Positions 50,462-61,421 of a stretch of 64,000 bases of DNA are shown piece after piece (positions within the stretch are counted from its first letter, which is position 1; every line of letters begins with the position of its first letter). The stretch spans positions 4,672,001 to 4,736,000 of the forward strand of contig OZ245742.1 of NCBI GenBank assembly GCA_965227295.1, written 5' to 3'. The DNA comes from Leptonemataceae bacterium (lineage in GTDB: Bacteria > Spirochaetota > Leptospiria > Leptospirales > Leptonemataceae). The translations under genes were made by a program, and so were the position numbers. The notes under the pieces are model-generated. The model had not been told where the DNA came from and ran no database searches. It saw only the letters and a program-made list of their open reading frames with translations.

Positions 50462-51459
50462 CCGTATTGTTTGATCTCCTCGGCGATCTTTTCCGAGAGG
50501 TTGTTCTGCGCAAAGTTCATGACCGTGGCCACGGCGTTCTTGTAGGCCTGAGCGTTGGAGCTGCCGTGGCCGATCAGACAATTCCCGTTCACGCCCAGCA
50601 GCGGCGCGCCGCCGTACTCCGTGTAGTCCATGCGTTTTTTGATCATCTGCAATGTGGGCTTGAGCATGTACGCGCCCGTGCGTCCGAGCGCCGTTTGATC
50701 GATGCCCTGCTTCATGAGATTGAAGATGCTGCGCGCGAGGCCCTCCGTCGCCTTGAGGACGATATTGCCCATGAAGCCGTCGCAGATGACGACGTCCGCC
50801 GAACGCCCGCCGCCGTAGAGATCCCGGCCTTCGATGTTGCCGAGAAAGTTGTACGGTAGTTTCTTTAACGCGTCGTAGGCGGTGAGTGTGACGTAGTTAC
50901 CCTTTTTCGATTCCTCGCCGTTCGACAGCAGGGCCAGGCGCGGCTCTTTGATCTTCCAGATTTCCCGCGCGTAGACCTGGCCCATGATGCCGAACTGCAC
51001 GAGCCAGGGGGCCTTGCAATCGACGTTCGCCCCGGAATCCAGGAGCAACGTGGTACCGCCGTCTTCTCGCGGAATGGGCGACGCAATGGACGGCCGATCG
51101 ACGCCCTTGATGCGACCGAGTTCCCACATGGCCGCGGCCATGGTGGCGCCGGTGTTACCGGGGGAAAAGAAGCCGGCCGCGCGGCCCTCTTTGACCAGAC
51201 GGGCTGCAACCATGACCGAGCAGCGGGGTTTGGCACGCACGGCCTTCGCCGGGGACTCGTGCATGCCGATGACGTCGTCGGAGGGGACAATGTCCACGGA
51301 ATCCGTGGGGCCATGAAATCGCAGCAGGGCGTCACCGACGACGTCTTCCTCGCCGACCAGCAGGACCTTTGCGCCGAAATCGCGGGCGGCCTGGACGGCC
51401 CCATGGACCGCGGTTTCCACCCCGGTTTCCCCGCTCATCACATCGACGGCAATCCACAC
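50458..51459 (-). CDS. plsX: Phosphate acyltransferase PlsX
   Basis: IAVDVMSG, GNTGA, LDSGANVD, GEESKKG, CDGFMGN, YGGAPLLG, GHGSS. Confidence 0.96.
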   Translation of the reverse strand: MWIAVDVMSGETGVETAVHGAVQAARDFGAKVLLVGEEDVVGDALLRFHGPTDSVDIVPSDDVIGMHESPAKAVRAKPRCSVMVAARLVKEGRAAGFFSPGNTGATMAAAMWELGRIKGVDRPSIASPIPREDGGTTLLLDSGANVDCKAPWLVQFGIMGQVYAREIWKIKEPRLALLSNGEESKKGNYVTLTAYDALKKLPYNFLGNIEGRDLYGGGRSADVVICDGFMGNIVLKATEGLARSIFNLMKQGIDQTALGRTGAYMLKPTLQMIKKRMDYTEYGGAPLLGVNGNCLIGHGSSNAQAYKNAVATVMNFAQNNLSEKIAEEIKQYG

Positions 51460-51541
51460 AGACCGACGCTACGGAGACGATGGTTCCCGCACAAGTACAA
51501 TCGCAAAATAGTGGATGATGGGTCGGTACTGTCGTTGCGCC

Positions 51542-51736
51542 TTAGTTCGCTTCGCCGCGAACCTTCGGAGCCATGACCACGCGGTCTTTGTACCAGCCGC
51601 ACTCGGGACAAAGGCGGTGGCCCATGACGAAGGCCCCGCAATTTTTGCAGGGGACGAGGTGCGGACGGCCGATGGCGTGGTGGGCCCGGCGCTGGCGCTT
51701 TTTCTGGAGGGATGTCTTTCTCTTGGGTACTGCCAT
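51542..51736 (-). CDS. rpmF: 50S ribosomal protein L32 (zinc-ribbon form)
   Basis: MAVPKRKTS...CKNCG...HRLCPECGWY from ATG 51736. Confidence 0.96.
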   Translation of the reverse strand: MAVPKRKTSLQKKRQRRAHHAIGRPHLVPCKNCGAFVMGHRLCPECGWYKDRVVMAPKVRGEAN

Positions 51737-51895
51737 CGGAATCGCTTCGCTGTTTACAAAGATGAATGCAGGCTGCACGATTTTCGAGAAGGCCTCTGCG
51801 GTCAAGCGCGATCCCGGGAAATATGCACGAAAGGTGCCGCGTATGGGCGACGCTGTTGACAGCCTCAGGGCCGGCCGGCCTGTATCCTCATAAGC

Positions 51896-52900
51896 ATGGC
51901 AGCCACGGAAATCGAATCGAACATCAGCTCCATCCGGGCCGGCGCTCTGACTGCCCTCGACGAGGCCGGTAACCAGGCCGAGCTGGAAGCGATCCACCAG
52001 CGCTATCTCGGCAAGAAAGGCGAGATGACGGCGGTGATGAAGGGCCTCAAAGATCTCTCCGACGAAGAGAAACGCTCCGCCGGTCGCGCGGCCCACGAGG
52101 CCCGCGCAGAAATCGAAGCCCGCTTTCAATCGGCGCAGGCAAAGATCAAAGCCCGGGCCCTCGAAGAACGCCTGGCCGGCGAACGTTACGACGCGCTTCA
52201 GCCCCTCCCCGATCGCCGGGGACATCTGCATCCCATCACCCGGCTGCAAATGGAAGTCGAGGACATCTTTCGGGGCATGGGCTTTTTGATTATGGACGGC
52301 CCGGAAGCGGAGACCGACGAGAACAACTTCGGTCGCCTGAACTTCTCGGACGATCATCCGGCGCGGGATATGCAGGACACCATCTGGACGGTGGACGGCA
52401 ATCTCATGCGCACGCATACGTCGTCGGTCCAGGTGCGTTCCATGCTCGAAGCCGGACTGGAGCCGCCGTTTCGCATGATCGCCCCGGGCCGCGTCTTTCG
52501 GTACGAAGAAACCGACGCCACCCACGAAAACACGTTTCACCAGGTCGAGGGCATGCTCGTGGATCGCGACGTGAGCGTGGCGCACGTGATCCACATTATG
52601 AAAACGTTTTTGTCCGAGATCTTCGAGCGCGACATCAACGTGCGTCTGCGGCCGGGCTACTTCCCGTTCGTGGAGCCGGGCTTTGAACTGGACTATCAAC
52701 GCGAGGACGGTTCGTGGCTGGAACTGTTGCCGTGCGGTCTCGTGCATCCGAACGTGTTGCGCGCCGGCGGCATCGATCCGGAGCAATGGAGCGGCTTCGC
52801 CTTCGGCCTGGGTCTGGACCGTCTGGTGATGATGCGCTACGGCATCGAGGACATCCGGCATTTTCTGAGCGGGAATCTGCGGTTCTTGCAACAGTTTTAA
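51896..52900 (+). CDS. pheS: Phenylalanine-tRNA ligase alpha subunit
   Basis: HPARDMQDT, RTHTS, FHQVEG, YFPFVEP, GFAFGLGLDR. Confidence 0.98.
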   Translation: MAATEIESNISSIRAGALTALDEAGNQAELEAIHQRYLGKKGEMTAVMKGLKDLSDEEKRSAGRAAHEARAEIEARFQSAQAKIKARALEERLAGERYDALQPLPDRRGHLHPITRLQMEVEDIFRGMGFLIMDGPEAETDENNFGRLNFSDDHPARDMQDTIWTVDGNLMRTHTSSVQVRSMLEAGLEPPFRMIAPGRVFRYEETDATHENTFHQVEGMLVDRDVSVAHVIHIMKTFLSEIFERDINVRLRPGYFPFVEPGFELDYQREDGSWLELLPCGLVHPNVLRAGGIDPEQWSGFAFGLGLDRLVMMRYGIEDIRHFLSGNLRFLQQF

Positions 52901-52907
52901 GGGATGG

Positions 52908-53090
52908 ACTCCGAGGACCGAGGACCGAGGTACCGAGGGAAGATTTGGGAGAGTTGTTTGGGTGGGCGGATTGGTTCGTGATTTGAGTCTTCGCGTGAGG
53001 GATGTGCAGGGTGGCGCGTAGCGCCAGTCCGAAGCGAAGCGCAGCCCGGAGCAGCCCGACCCGAGCGCAGCGAGGGGCACGCCCAAAAAA
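52908..53090. repeat. Intergenic repeat-like elements between pheS and pheT
   Basis: ACTCCGAGGACCGAGGACCGAGGTACCGAGG (also seen at 55765), followed by a GC-rich GCAGCCCG-repeated element ending CACGCCCAAAA. Confidence 0.6.
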
Positions 53091-53157
53091 ATCTTAATTT
53101 ATATTCGCTTACACTTAGATTCGACGCCGTCTGCGAACCACAGGCGCATTAGTTATT

Positions 53158-55743
53158 ATGAAGTTATCCTTAAACTGGCTCAATGATTACGTAAACCTCC
53201 GCGACCTGGACGTCGCGGAACTCGTGGAACGGCTGACGCTTTCCGTCTGCGAAGTCGAAGGCGTGGAGCACGTCTTCGAAAACCTGGACCGCGTCTACGT
53301 CGCCGAAGTACTCAAAGTCGACAAACATCCCGGCGCGGATCGGCTGTCGCTCTGCGAAGTTCGCAACGGTGAGAAGCTGCACAAGATCGTCTGCGGCGCG
53401 AAGAACGTGCGCGCGGGCATGTTCGTGCCCCTGGCGGTGGTCGGCGCGAAAGTAAAGTCCCGCACCGGCGATCCCATGGAAATCCAGCCCGCGAAGATTC
53501 GCGGCGTGGCCTCGAACGGCATGCTCTGTGCACCGGCGGAACTGGGACTCGAAGGCATCGCCGGCGAGGTGGACGGGCTCCTGGATTTGCAGACGTTACC
53601 GGGCCTGGAGCAGCCGATCAGCGGCACGCCCCTGACGGACGCCCTGCCCCTCAAAGATACGATTCTGGACATAGACAATAAGTCGATCACGCATCGGGCG
53701 GACCTGTGGTCGCACTTCGGCTTCGCCCGGGAGATCGCCGCGATCTACGGACGCAAGTTGAAGTACAATCCGCTTAATGATCGCAACAAGAAAGTTAAGA
53801 TTAAGACCAACGCGAAGCTGCCTTCGAAGAAGATCGAAATCGAAAAAGGGGCCGCGAAGGCCTACTTCGGCCGCCACGTGGCCGGCGTAGAGATCACGGC
53901 TTCGCCGCTGTGGATGCAGGCGCGGCTCATGAACGTCGGCCAGCGTCCCATCAATAACGTCGTCGACGCCTCAAACTACGTCATGCTGGAACTCGGCCAG
54001 CCCAATCACACCTTCGACGCGCGCACGCTGAAAGACAGCGTCGTGCTCGTCGGCACAAACGGCAAATCGGCAAAAGTTAAGAAGTTCCAGACGCTGGACG
54101 GTGAGGAGCGCGAAATTCCCGACGGCACCATTCTGATCTTCGACGGCAAAGACGGCAAACGCCCCGTGGCCCTGGGCGGCATCATGGGCGGCGAAGAATC
54201 CGGCGTAAGCGACGATACCGGCGAACTCTTTCTGGAATCGGCGACGTTCCCGCGGGAATTGATTCGCCCGGCCATCGCAAAGATCGGCCTGCGCACGGAC
54301 TCGGCCCAGCGTTTCGAAAAGGGCCAGGATCCGGCCCAGGCGGAACCGGCCCTCGATCGTCTGGTGGAACTGCTCGCGCTCAGTTGTCCGCAACTGGAAC
54401 AGGGCAAGACCACCGGCAGCGCGCCGGAAAAAGCGCGCAAGAATACCGTGAACGTATCTCTGGATTTCCTGCGTCGGCGCCTGGGCTTCGATATCGATGC
54501 CGGCCTCGTGCAGGATATTCTGGGGCGGCTCCATTTCGACGTAACGGTCTCGGGCGGCTCCGCGAAAAAGAAGAAAGCTGCTAAGAAAAAGTCCGCAAAA
54601 GTTAAGAGCGGCCCGGGCGACGTGAAGTTCAAGATCACCGCACCGACGTATCGTTCCCAGTACGATATCTCCATTCCCGAGGACATCGTCGAAGAGATCG
54701 GCCGGGTCTACGGCTACGACAACATCGCACCGCAACCGCCGGCTGCGGTGGTGAAACCGGCCCCGCGCAATCGTGAGCGTACCTTTACGAACAGTCTCAA
54801 ACGCACGGCCGCGGCCGCGGGCGGTTTCAGCGAGACCTTCGGTTATTCCTTCGCCGGCACGGCGGACAACGAGGCCTTTCGCCCGGCCCGGGATACGGCG
54901 GCGTTGCCCCTGGCGAATCCGGTGTTCGCCGATCGTCCGGAGTTGCGCCTGTCCCAGTTGCCCGGCCTGTTGCACCAGGCGGCCGGCAATCAGGACCGTT
55001 TCGACGACGTTCGCCTCTTCGAGGTCGGTCGCATCTATTTTAAGAAACCCGCCGACGTACGCAAGCCGGTGCTTGCCGCAGAAAACAAACGCGCTTCGTT
55101 CGTCCACCTTCCGGCGGGCGAGTCCGACTCGAAGGACAAAAGCCTCGACGCGCGCCCGGAGCTCGAGGCCCTGCTGGACTTCCGCCGCTGGTTTGGCGAC
55201 TTCCTGTCCGAACACTGCGGCGGCGGACGTTTCGTCCTCGCGGAAAGCCTGGACCAGGGCGCGCCCGGCTGGTTGCATCCCGGCGCTGCCCTGGCAATCG
55301 TAAACGGCGACGGTGCGCTTCTCGGCCATGCCGGACTGCTGCATCCACTAGCTTCTGATTACTATGAGTTAAAGCGCCCGGCAATCGTTGCGGATCTGGA
55401 TATGGAGGCGCTCTTCGCGGCCGGCGAGGCGGCGCGCCACGTCATTACGTATGCGCCGCCGTCGATCTTTCCGGACTCGCTGTTCGAGTTCACGGTCGTG
55501 ATGGACGAGCAACAGGGCACGCATGTGCCGGTGGATTTGATCAAGGAACTGGCGTTGCCGGAAATTCGGGCCGTGCGTTTTCTCACGGTCTTCCGGGGCG
55601 GTACGCTGCCCGAGGGGAAAAAGTCCGCCAGTTACGAAGTCCGGGCGGCGCGAGACGGCGGCACGCTCACCGGTGAGGAGCTACAGCAGTTGCTGGCCAA
55701 AATCATTGAGAAGATGGAAGCGGCCGGGCTCCCGCTCCGGTGA
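53158..55743 (+). CDS. pheT: Phenylalanine-tRNA ligase beta subunit
   Basis: MKLSLNWL, KHPGADRL, IVCGAKN, INNVVDASNYVMLELGQP, EDIVEEIGRVYGY, GKKS. Confidence 0.97.
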   Translation: MKLSLNWLNDYVNLRDLDVAELVERLTLSVCEVEGVEHVFENLDRVYVAEVLKVDKHPGADRLSLCEVRNGEKLHKIVCGAKNVRAGMFVPLAVVGAKVKSRTGDPMEIQPAKIRGVASNGMLCAPAELGLEGIAGEVDGLLDLQTLPGLEQPISGTPLTDALPLKDTILDIDNKSITHRADLWSHFGFAREIAAIYGRKLKYNPLNDRNKKVKIKTNAKLPSKKIEIEKGAAKAYFGRHVAGVEITASPLWMQARLMNVGQRPINNVVDASNYVMLELGQPNHTFDARTLKDSVVLVGTNGKSAKVKKFQTLDGEEREIPDGTILIFDGKDGKRPVALGGIMGGEESGVSDDTGELFLESATFPRELIRPAIAKIGLRTDSAQRFEKGQDPAQAEPALDRLVELLALSCPQLEQGKTTGSAPEKARKNTVNVSLDFLRRRLGFDIDAGLVQDILGRLHFDVTVSGGSAKKKKAAKKKSAKVKSGPGDVKFKITAPTYRSQYDISIPEDIVEEIGRVYGYDNIAPQPPAAVVKPAPRNRERTFTNSLKRTAAAAGGFSETFGYSFAGTADNEAFRPARDTAALPLANPVFADRPELRLSQLPGLLHQAAGNQDRFDDVRLFEVGRIYFKKPADVRKPVLAAENKRASFVHLPAGESDSKDKSLDARPELEALLDFRRWFGDFLSEHCGGGRFVLAESLDQGAPGWLHPGAALAIVNGDGALLGHAGLLHPLASDYYELKRPAIVADLDMEALFAAGEAARHVITYAPPSIFPDSLFEFTVVMDEQQGTHVPVDLIKELALPEIRAVRFLTVFRGGTLPEGKKSASYEVRAARDGGTLTGEELQQLLAKIIEKMEAAGLPLR

Positions 55744-55764
55744 ACGCGGCGGGGAGAAGGATTG

Positions 55765-55873
55765 ACTCCGAGGACCGAGATACCGAGGTTTTTCGGAAGA
55801 GTGATCTGAACCTGAAACGCGTCCCGGTCAACTAAGCTCTCGGTGCTTCCCTCTGTGCCTCGGTCCTCGGAGT
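55765..55873. repeat. Element bounded by 15-bp perfect inverted repeats between convergent pheT and the phasin-like gene
   Basis: ACTCCGAGGACCGAG (55765-55779) and CTCGGTCCTCGGAGT (55859-55873). Confidence 0.75.
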
Positions 55874-55889
55874 AAAATTCGTCTGTGCG

Positions 55890-56345
55890 TTACGCTTCGC
55901 CGCCGGGTGCTTTCGGCTTCGTCGCCTTCGACGCGGTTTCTTTTACGCTGTCGGCGAAACCCTGGGCCTGCGCCGTAACGTCGTCCGCTTTCTCTTTGAC
56001 GAACTTTGCGAGTTCTTCAAAGCGGGCGTTCACGTCCTTGATGCGCTCGTCGCCGATGACTCCCTGGACCTGCTCCAGCAGTTGCGCGTAGTTCTTCTCG
56101 GCCTCGGCGAGGATCTTGTTGAAGTTCTGTTCCGCCTGGGTCGAGACGTCCTTCACCCCGCGGATGGTGTTCTCAAGGGCCTCGCGGACCTTCTGCGCGG
56201 ATTCGGAACCGTCGGCGGCTCCGCGCTGTTTGAGTTCTTCGAAGGTTTTACCCACGGCTTCCAGGGCCGCCTGAAAATTCTTCTCGCCTTCTTTAAAGAG
56301 GCCGATCCCGGCGTTCAAAATATCCTGTAAATTTTTTTCCAGCAT
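55890..56345 (-). CDS. Phasin-related amphipathic helical protein
   Basis: MLEKNLQDILNAGIGLF...FEELKQRG pattern; start set at ATG 56345. Confidence 0.6.
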   Translation of the reverse strand: MLEKNLQDILNAGIGLFKEGEKNFQAALEAVGKTFEELKQRGAADGSESAQKVREALENTIRGVKDVSTQAEQNFNKILAEAEKNYAQLLEQVQGVIGDERIKDVNARFEELAKFVKEKADDVTAQAQGFADSVKETASKATKPKAPGGEA

Positions 56346-56725
56346 GCGTATCTCCTGGCGCGCTATCTGTATGCGGCCGGAGCCGGGGCGCGCCTGTTGC
56401 AGTGCACGAATTATAGTGCACCGCATAAATCATGCAAGGAATTTTTTTCCCAAAAGGCGGCATTCACAGAAAACATGAAGATCGTCACCGGACCGTAGAT
56501 CAGCGCTCCCCCGAAACAGGTGCCGACAGTGCTCGGGAGCGGCAGTGGGTTGTTTTGCCCCCGGGCCGGGGCCCGACAGATTTCGTCCGGGGTGAGTTGC
56601 GTCAGACTGAGCCCTCATCGCGGCCCGGGAGCCACAATCGTCTTGACATAATTTGCGGAATTTCCACGTCTGACTATTTCCGTTTTTAGACGGTGTCCCT
56701 ATCATTCAGGGAACGGAACGGCAAT

Positions 56726-57073
56726 ATGGACAAACAGAAGCTCGAAAGATACAAATCGAAGCTCCTTGAGGCCCGGGAAGAAATCCTCAAGGAACTGGAA
56801 CTGGAACGCGAGTACATGATCTACAACGATCAGGGCGACGTCGTGGACATCGCCGATAAGGTTATGAACAACGAGGTCCTCAGCAAGTTGTCCGATCTTG
56901 ACACCGAGAAACTGGAAGAGATCCACCTCGCCCTCGACAAAATCGAGAAAGGCGAGTACGGCATCTGCGAGGGAACCGGGAAAAAGATTCCCGAGGCCCG
57001 CCTGAATGCGATTCCATGGGCCCGTTACACCATTGAGCACGCCGAAATCATGGAGCGCAGCAACCGTCGCTGA
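56726..57073 (+). CDS. dksA: DksA/TraR-family RNA polymerase-binding factor
   Basis: Coiled-coil tip GDVVDIA; YGICEGTGKKIPEARLNAIPWARYT. Confidence 0.85.
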   Translation: MDKQKLERYKSKLLEAREEILKELELEREYMIYNDQGDVVDIADKVMNNEVLSKLSDLDTEKLEEIHLALDKIEKGEYGICEGTGKKIPEARLNAIPWARYTIEHAEIMERSNRR

Positions 57074-57162
57074 GCTCCCCCGCACCCCGATCGAAATTTG
57101 CTTTATTAAAGAAGGCTTTCCCCGGATCATGCATATTCCGGGGTTTTATGTCGCACGAGTGA

Positions 57163-59148
<1,986 letters not shown>

Positions 59149-59166
59149 GCCGGGACTAACGTCAAC

Positions 59167-61389
59167 TCAGTCCCGGTTTAAGAAATCCTCCAACGGCTCC
59201 GGGCGATGTATGCCGTAACCCTGCACGAAGTCCACACCCACCTCCTGGAGAAGCGCTACCTCTTCGGCGGCCTCGACGTGTTCGGCCACGGTTTCTTTGC
59301 CGATTGCCCGGCAAAGATCGCGGATGCTCGTAACCATCACCCGGTCCACCGCGTCGTTCTCCAGCAATCCGCGCACCAGAGTGCCGTCGATTTTCAACAA
59401 GTCCACGGGCAAATTGCGCAAATACGCAAACGAGGACAGGCCGGCACCGAAGTCGTCCAGGGCGAAACGACACCCCATTCGGCAGAGATCGCTCATGAAT
59501 ACACGTACAGCCTCCAGGTTGGAGACCGCCGCCGTCTCGGTGATTTCGAAGCACAGCTTCCGGGCCGCGTCGGGATGCCGGCCCACGATATCGCGGACGA
59601 AGTCCTGAAAACGCAAATCACTCACCGACGCCCCGGATAAATTCAGCGCCAAAAAGTCCAGCCCGGCAACGCGTTCGTCGCCTTCCAGAACGGTAAGTAC
59701 CTGTCGAATGACCTCTTGATCGAGGCGGAACATCATTTCGAAGCTCTCGACGGCCGGAATGAATTGCGCCGCCGGAATCGTCCCGTGGCCGTCCTCGGCA
59801 TGGAGGCGCGACAGGATTTCTCCGCAACGCAGGTTCTCACCGTCACGATTCGCACGCCGAATTTCCTGACAGTACAACAACAGATTCCCGTCCGCGATGG
59901 CCCGGTTCACGGTTGCCACCCGGCCCAAATACTGCTCGCGCAAATGCATGCGTTCGTCGTCCGGCCGGTAGATTTGAATGCGATCCCGCCCGCTGTCTTT
60001 CGCGGCGAAACACGCGAGATCGGCGTCACGCAGCAACCGGGCGAAACCTTCGGTGCCGGAGTGAATCTCCACAAGGCCCGCACTCATGCCGATTTGAAAG
60101 ACGCGCTCCTCCCAGGGAAAGCGGAACGCTCGCAGTCGATTTTGAAACGCGTCCAGGATCTGCAGGGCCTGGTCGCTGTCCGTATTCTCCAGCAGTATGC
60201 CGAATTCGTCTCCGCCCAGGCGAGCGACAACGCCGCGCTCAGCAATGTGATCGCGCAACATGTACGCAAAGCGGCAGAGCAGCTCGTCGCCAGCCGTGTG
60301 GCCGCAACTGTCGTTCACGATCTTGAACTGATCCAGGTCGAGATACACCAGCACGCAGCGCACATCGCCTTCCCGGGCACGCTCCACGGCATCCTGTACT
60401 CGTTCCTTGAAGGCCGCCCGGTTCATAAGAGCCGTAAGCATGTCGTGATTCGCCTGAAACAGCAAGCGCTCCTGCAGCGAACGCAGTTCCGTAATATCTA
60501 CGGAACTGATGTTAGCATAGGCTACCTGGTCGTCCCGGTAGACCGGCCATACGGTATTTTGCGTGTATACCTTCTTTCCGTTGAGCACCACGTCGCTTTC
60601 GTAGCTGACCGTGACGCCCTCGTCGAAGACCCGGCGCAACGTATTCCGTAACATCTCGTGGCGGTCCTCCGGGTTGAAGTCGTAGATGGTGCGACCGATG
60701 ATTTCCTGCTTCGTGATGACCGGATCCGTGCGGTTGAGATAGATGATGCGACCGTCCCGCTCCAGGCAACCGATGTAGTGCGGCCAGTTTTCCAGCATGG
60801 CCCTTAAGTTCAGTTCACCTTCCCTTAATGCCTTCATGGTCTCCCGCTCGGCGGTGATATCGACAAACGTGACGATGGCGCCGCCGTCGGCCTCACCGGA
60901 ACCGGGCCAGGGAATGGCTCGATAGACGGCCCAGGAAGTGGAGCCGTCGGGACGACGCACGCCGAGGGTAACCGGGCCCTGGGCCTTTCCCGTCGCCAGG
61001 GCTCGACTCACGGGATAGTCTTCGACGGCGAAGGGTCGACCGTTCTCATCGATGGTCTCCGTACGAAAATCGGTGGTGTAGCGACTCGTCAGTTCGTCGT
61101 AGCTCAGCCCGAGGATGCGACAGGCCTCGGCGTTGGCGTAGATCACCTCGCCGTCCCGGGAGACCTGTACAATACCGCCGGGCATGGCTTCCACGGCACT
61201 GCGGTACAATTCCCGAGCGGCATCGCGTTCCTGTTCCAGTTCCTGGAGGCGGAGTTCCAGCTCCGCCGTGGATCTCTGCGGCAAGCGACTATCGGTTTTT
61301 TTTTCGGTATTGATGCTTTCGGCGCTATCCACGCTTTCCCCCGCGCGTGAAGTACCGAGCATATCAGACAATTTTAATTCGGCCACCAA
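59167..61389 (-). CDS. PAS-PAS-GGDEF-EAL diguanylate cyclase/phosphodiesterase
   Basis: Two PAS domains, RLGGDEF, EIL variant of EAL, DDFGAG, KIDG, QGY. Confidence 0.92.
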   Translation of the reverse strand: MVAELKLSDMLGTSRAGESVDSAESINTEKKTDSRLPQRSTAELELRLQELEQERDAARELYRSAVEAMPGGIVQVSRDGEVIYANAEACRILGLSYDELTSRYTTDFRTETIDENGRPFAVEDYPVSRALATGKAQGPVTLGVRRPDGSTSWAVYRAIPWPGSGEADGGAIVTFVDITAERETMKALREGELNLRAMLENWPHYIGCLERDGRIIYLNRTDPVITKQEIIGRTIYDFNPEDRHEMLRNTLRRVFDEGVTVSYESDVVLNGKKVYTQNTVWPVYRDDQVAYANISSVDITELRSLQERLLFQANHDMLTALMNRAAFKERVQDAVERAREGDVRCVLVYLDLDQFKIVNDSCGHTAGDELLCRFAYMLRDHIAERGVVARLGGDEFGILLENTDSDQALQILDAFQNRLRAFRFPWEERVFQIGMSAGLVEIHSGTEGFARLLRDADLACFAAKDSGRDRIQIYRPDDERMHLREQYLGRVATVNRAIADGNLLLYCQEIRRANRDGENLRCGEILSRLHAEDGHGTIPAAQFIPAVESFEMMFRLDQEVIRQVLTVLEGDERVAGLDFLALNLSGASVSDLRFQDFVRDIVGRHPDAARKLCFEITETAAVSNLEAVRVFMSDLCRMGCRFALDDFGAGLSSFAYLRNLPVDLLKIDGTLVRGLLENDAVDRVMVTSIRDLCRAIGKETVAEHVEAAEEVALLQEVGVDFVQGYGIHRPEPLEDFLNRD

Positions 61390-61421
61390 AAATTGAGGCC
61401 CGAAAGAATCGTTAGTAAGGA

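Noticed and set aside
51737..53086. 514-aa minus ORF ending in L32 as a fusion protein
   Set aside because: The upstream part is the antisense shadow of pheS; the real rpmF starts at ATG 51736.
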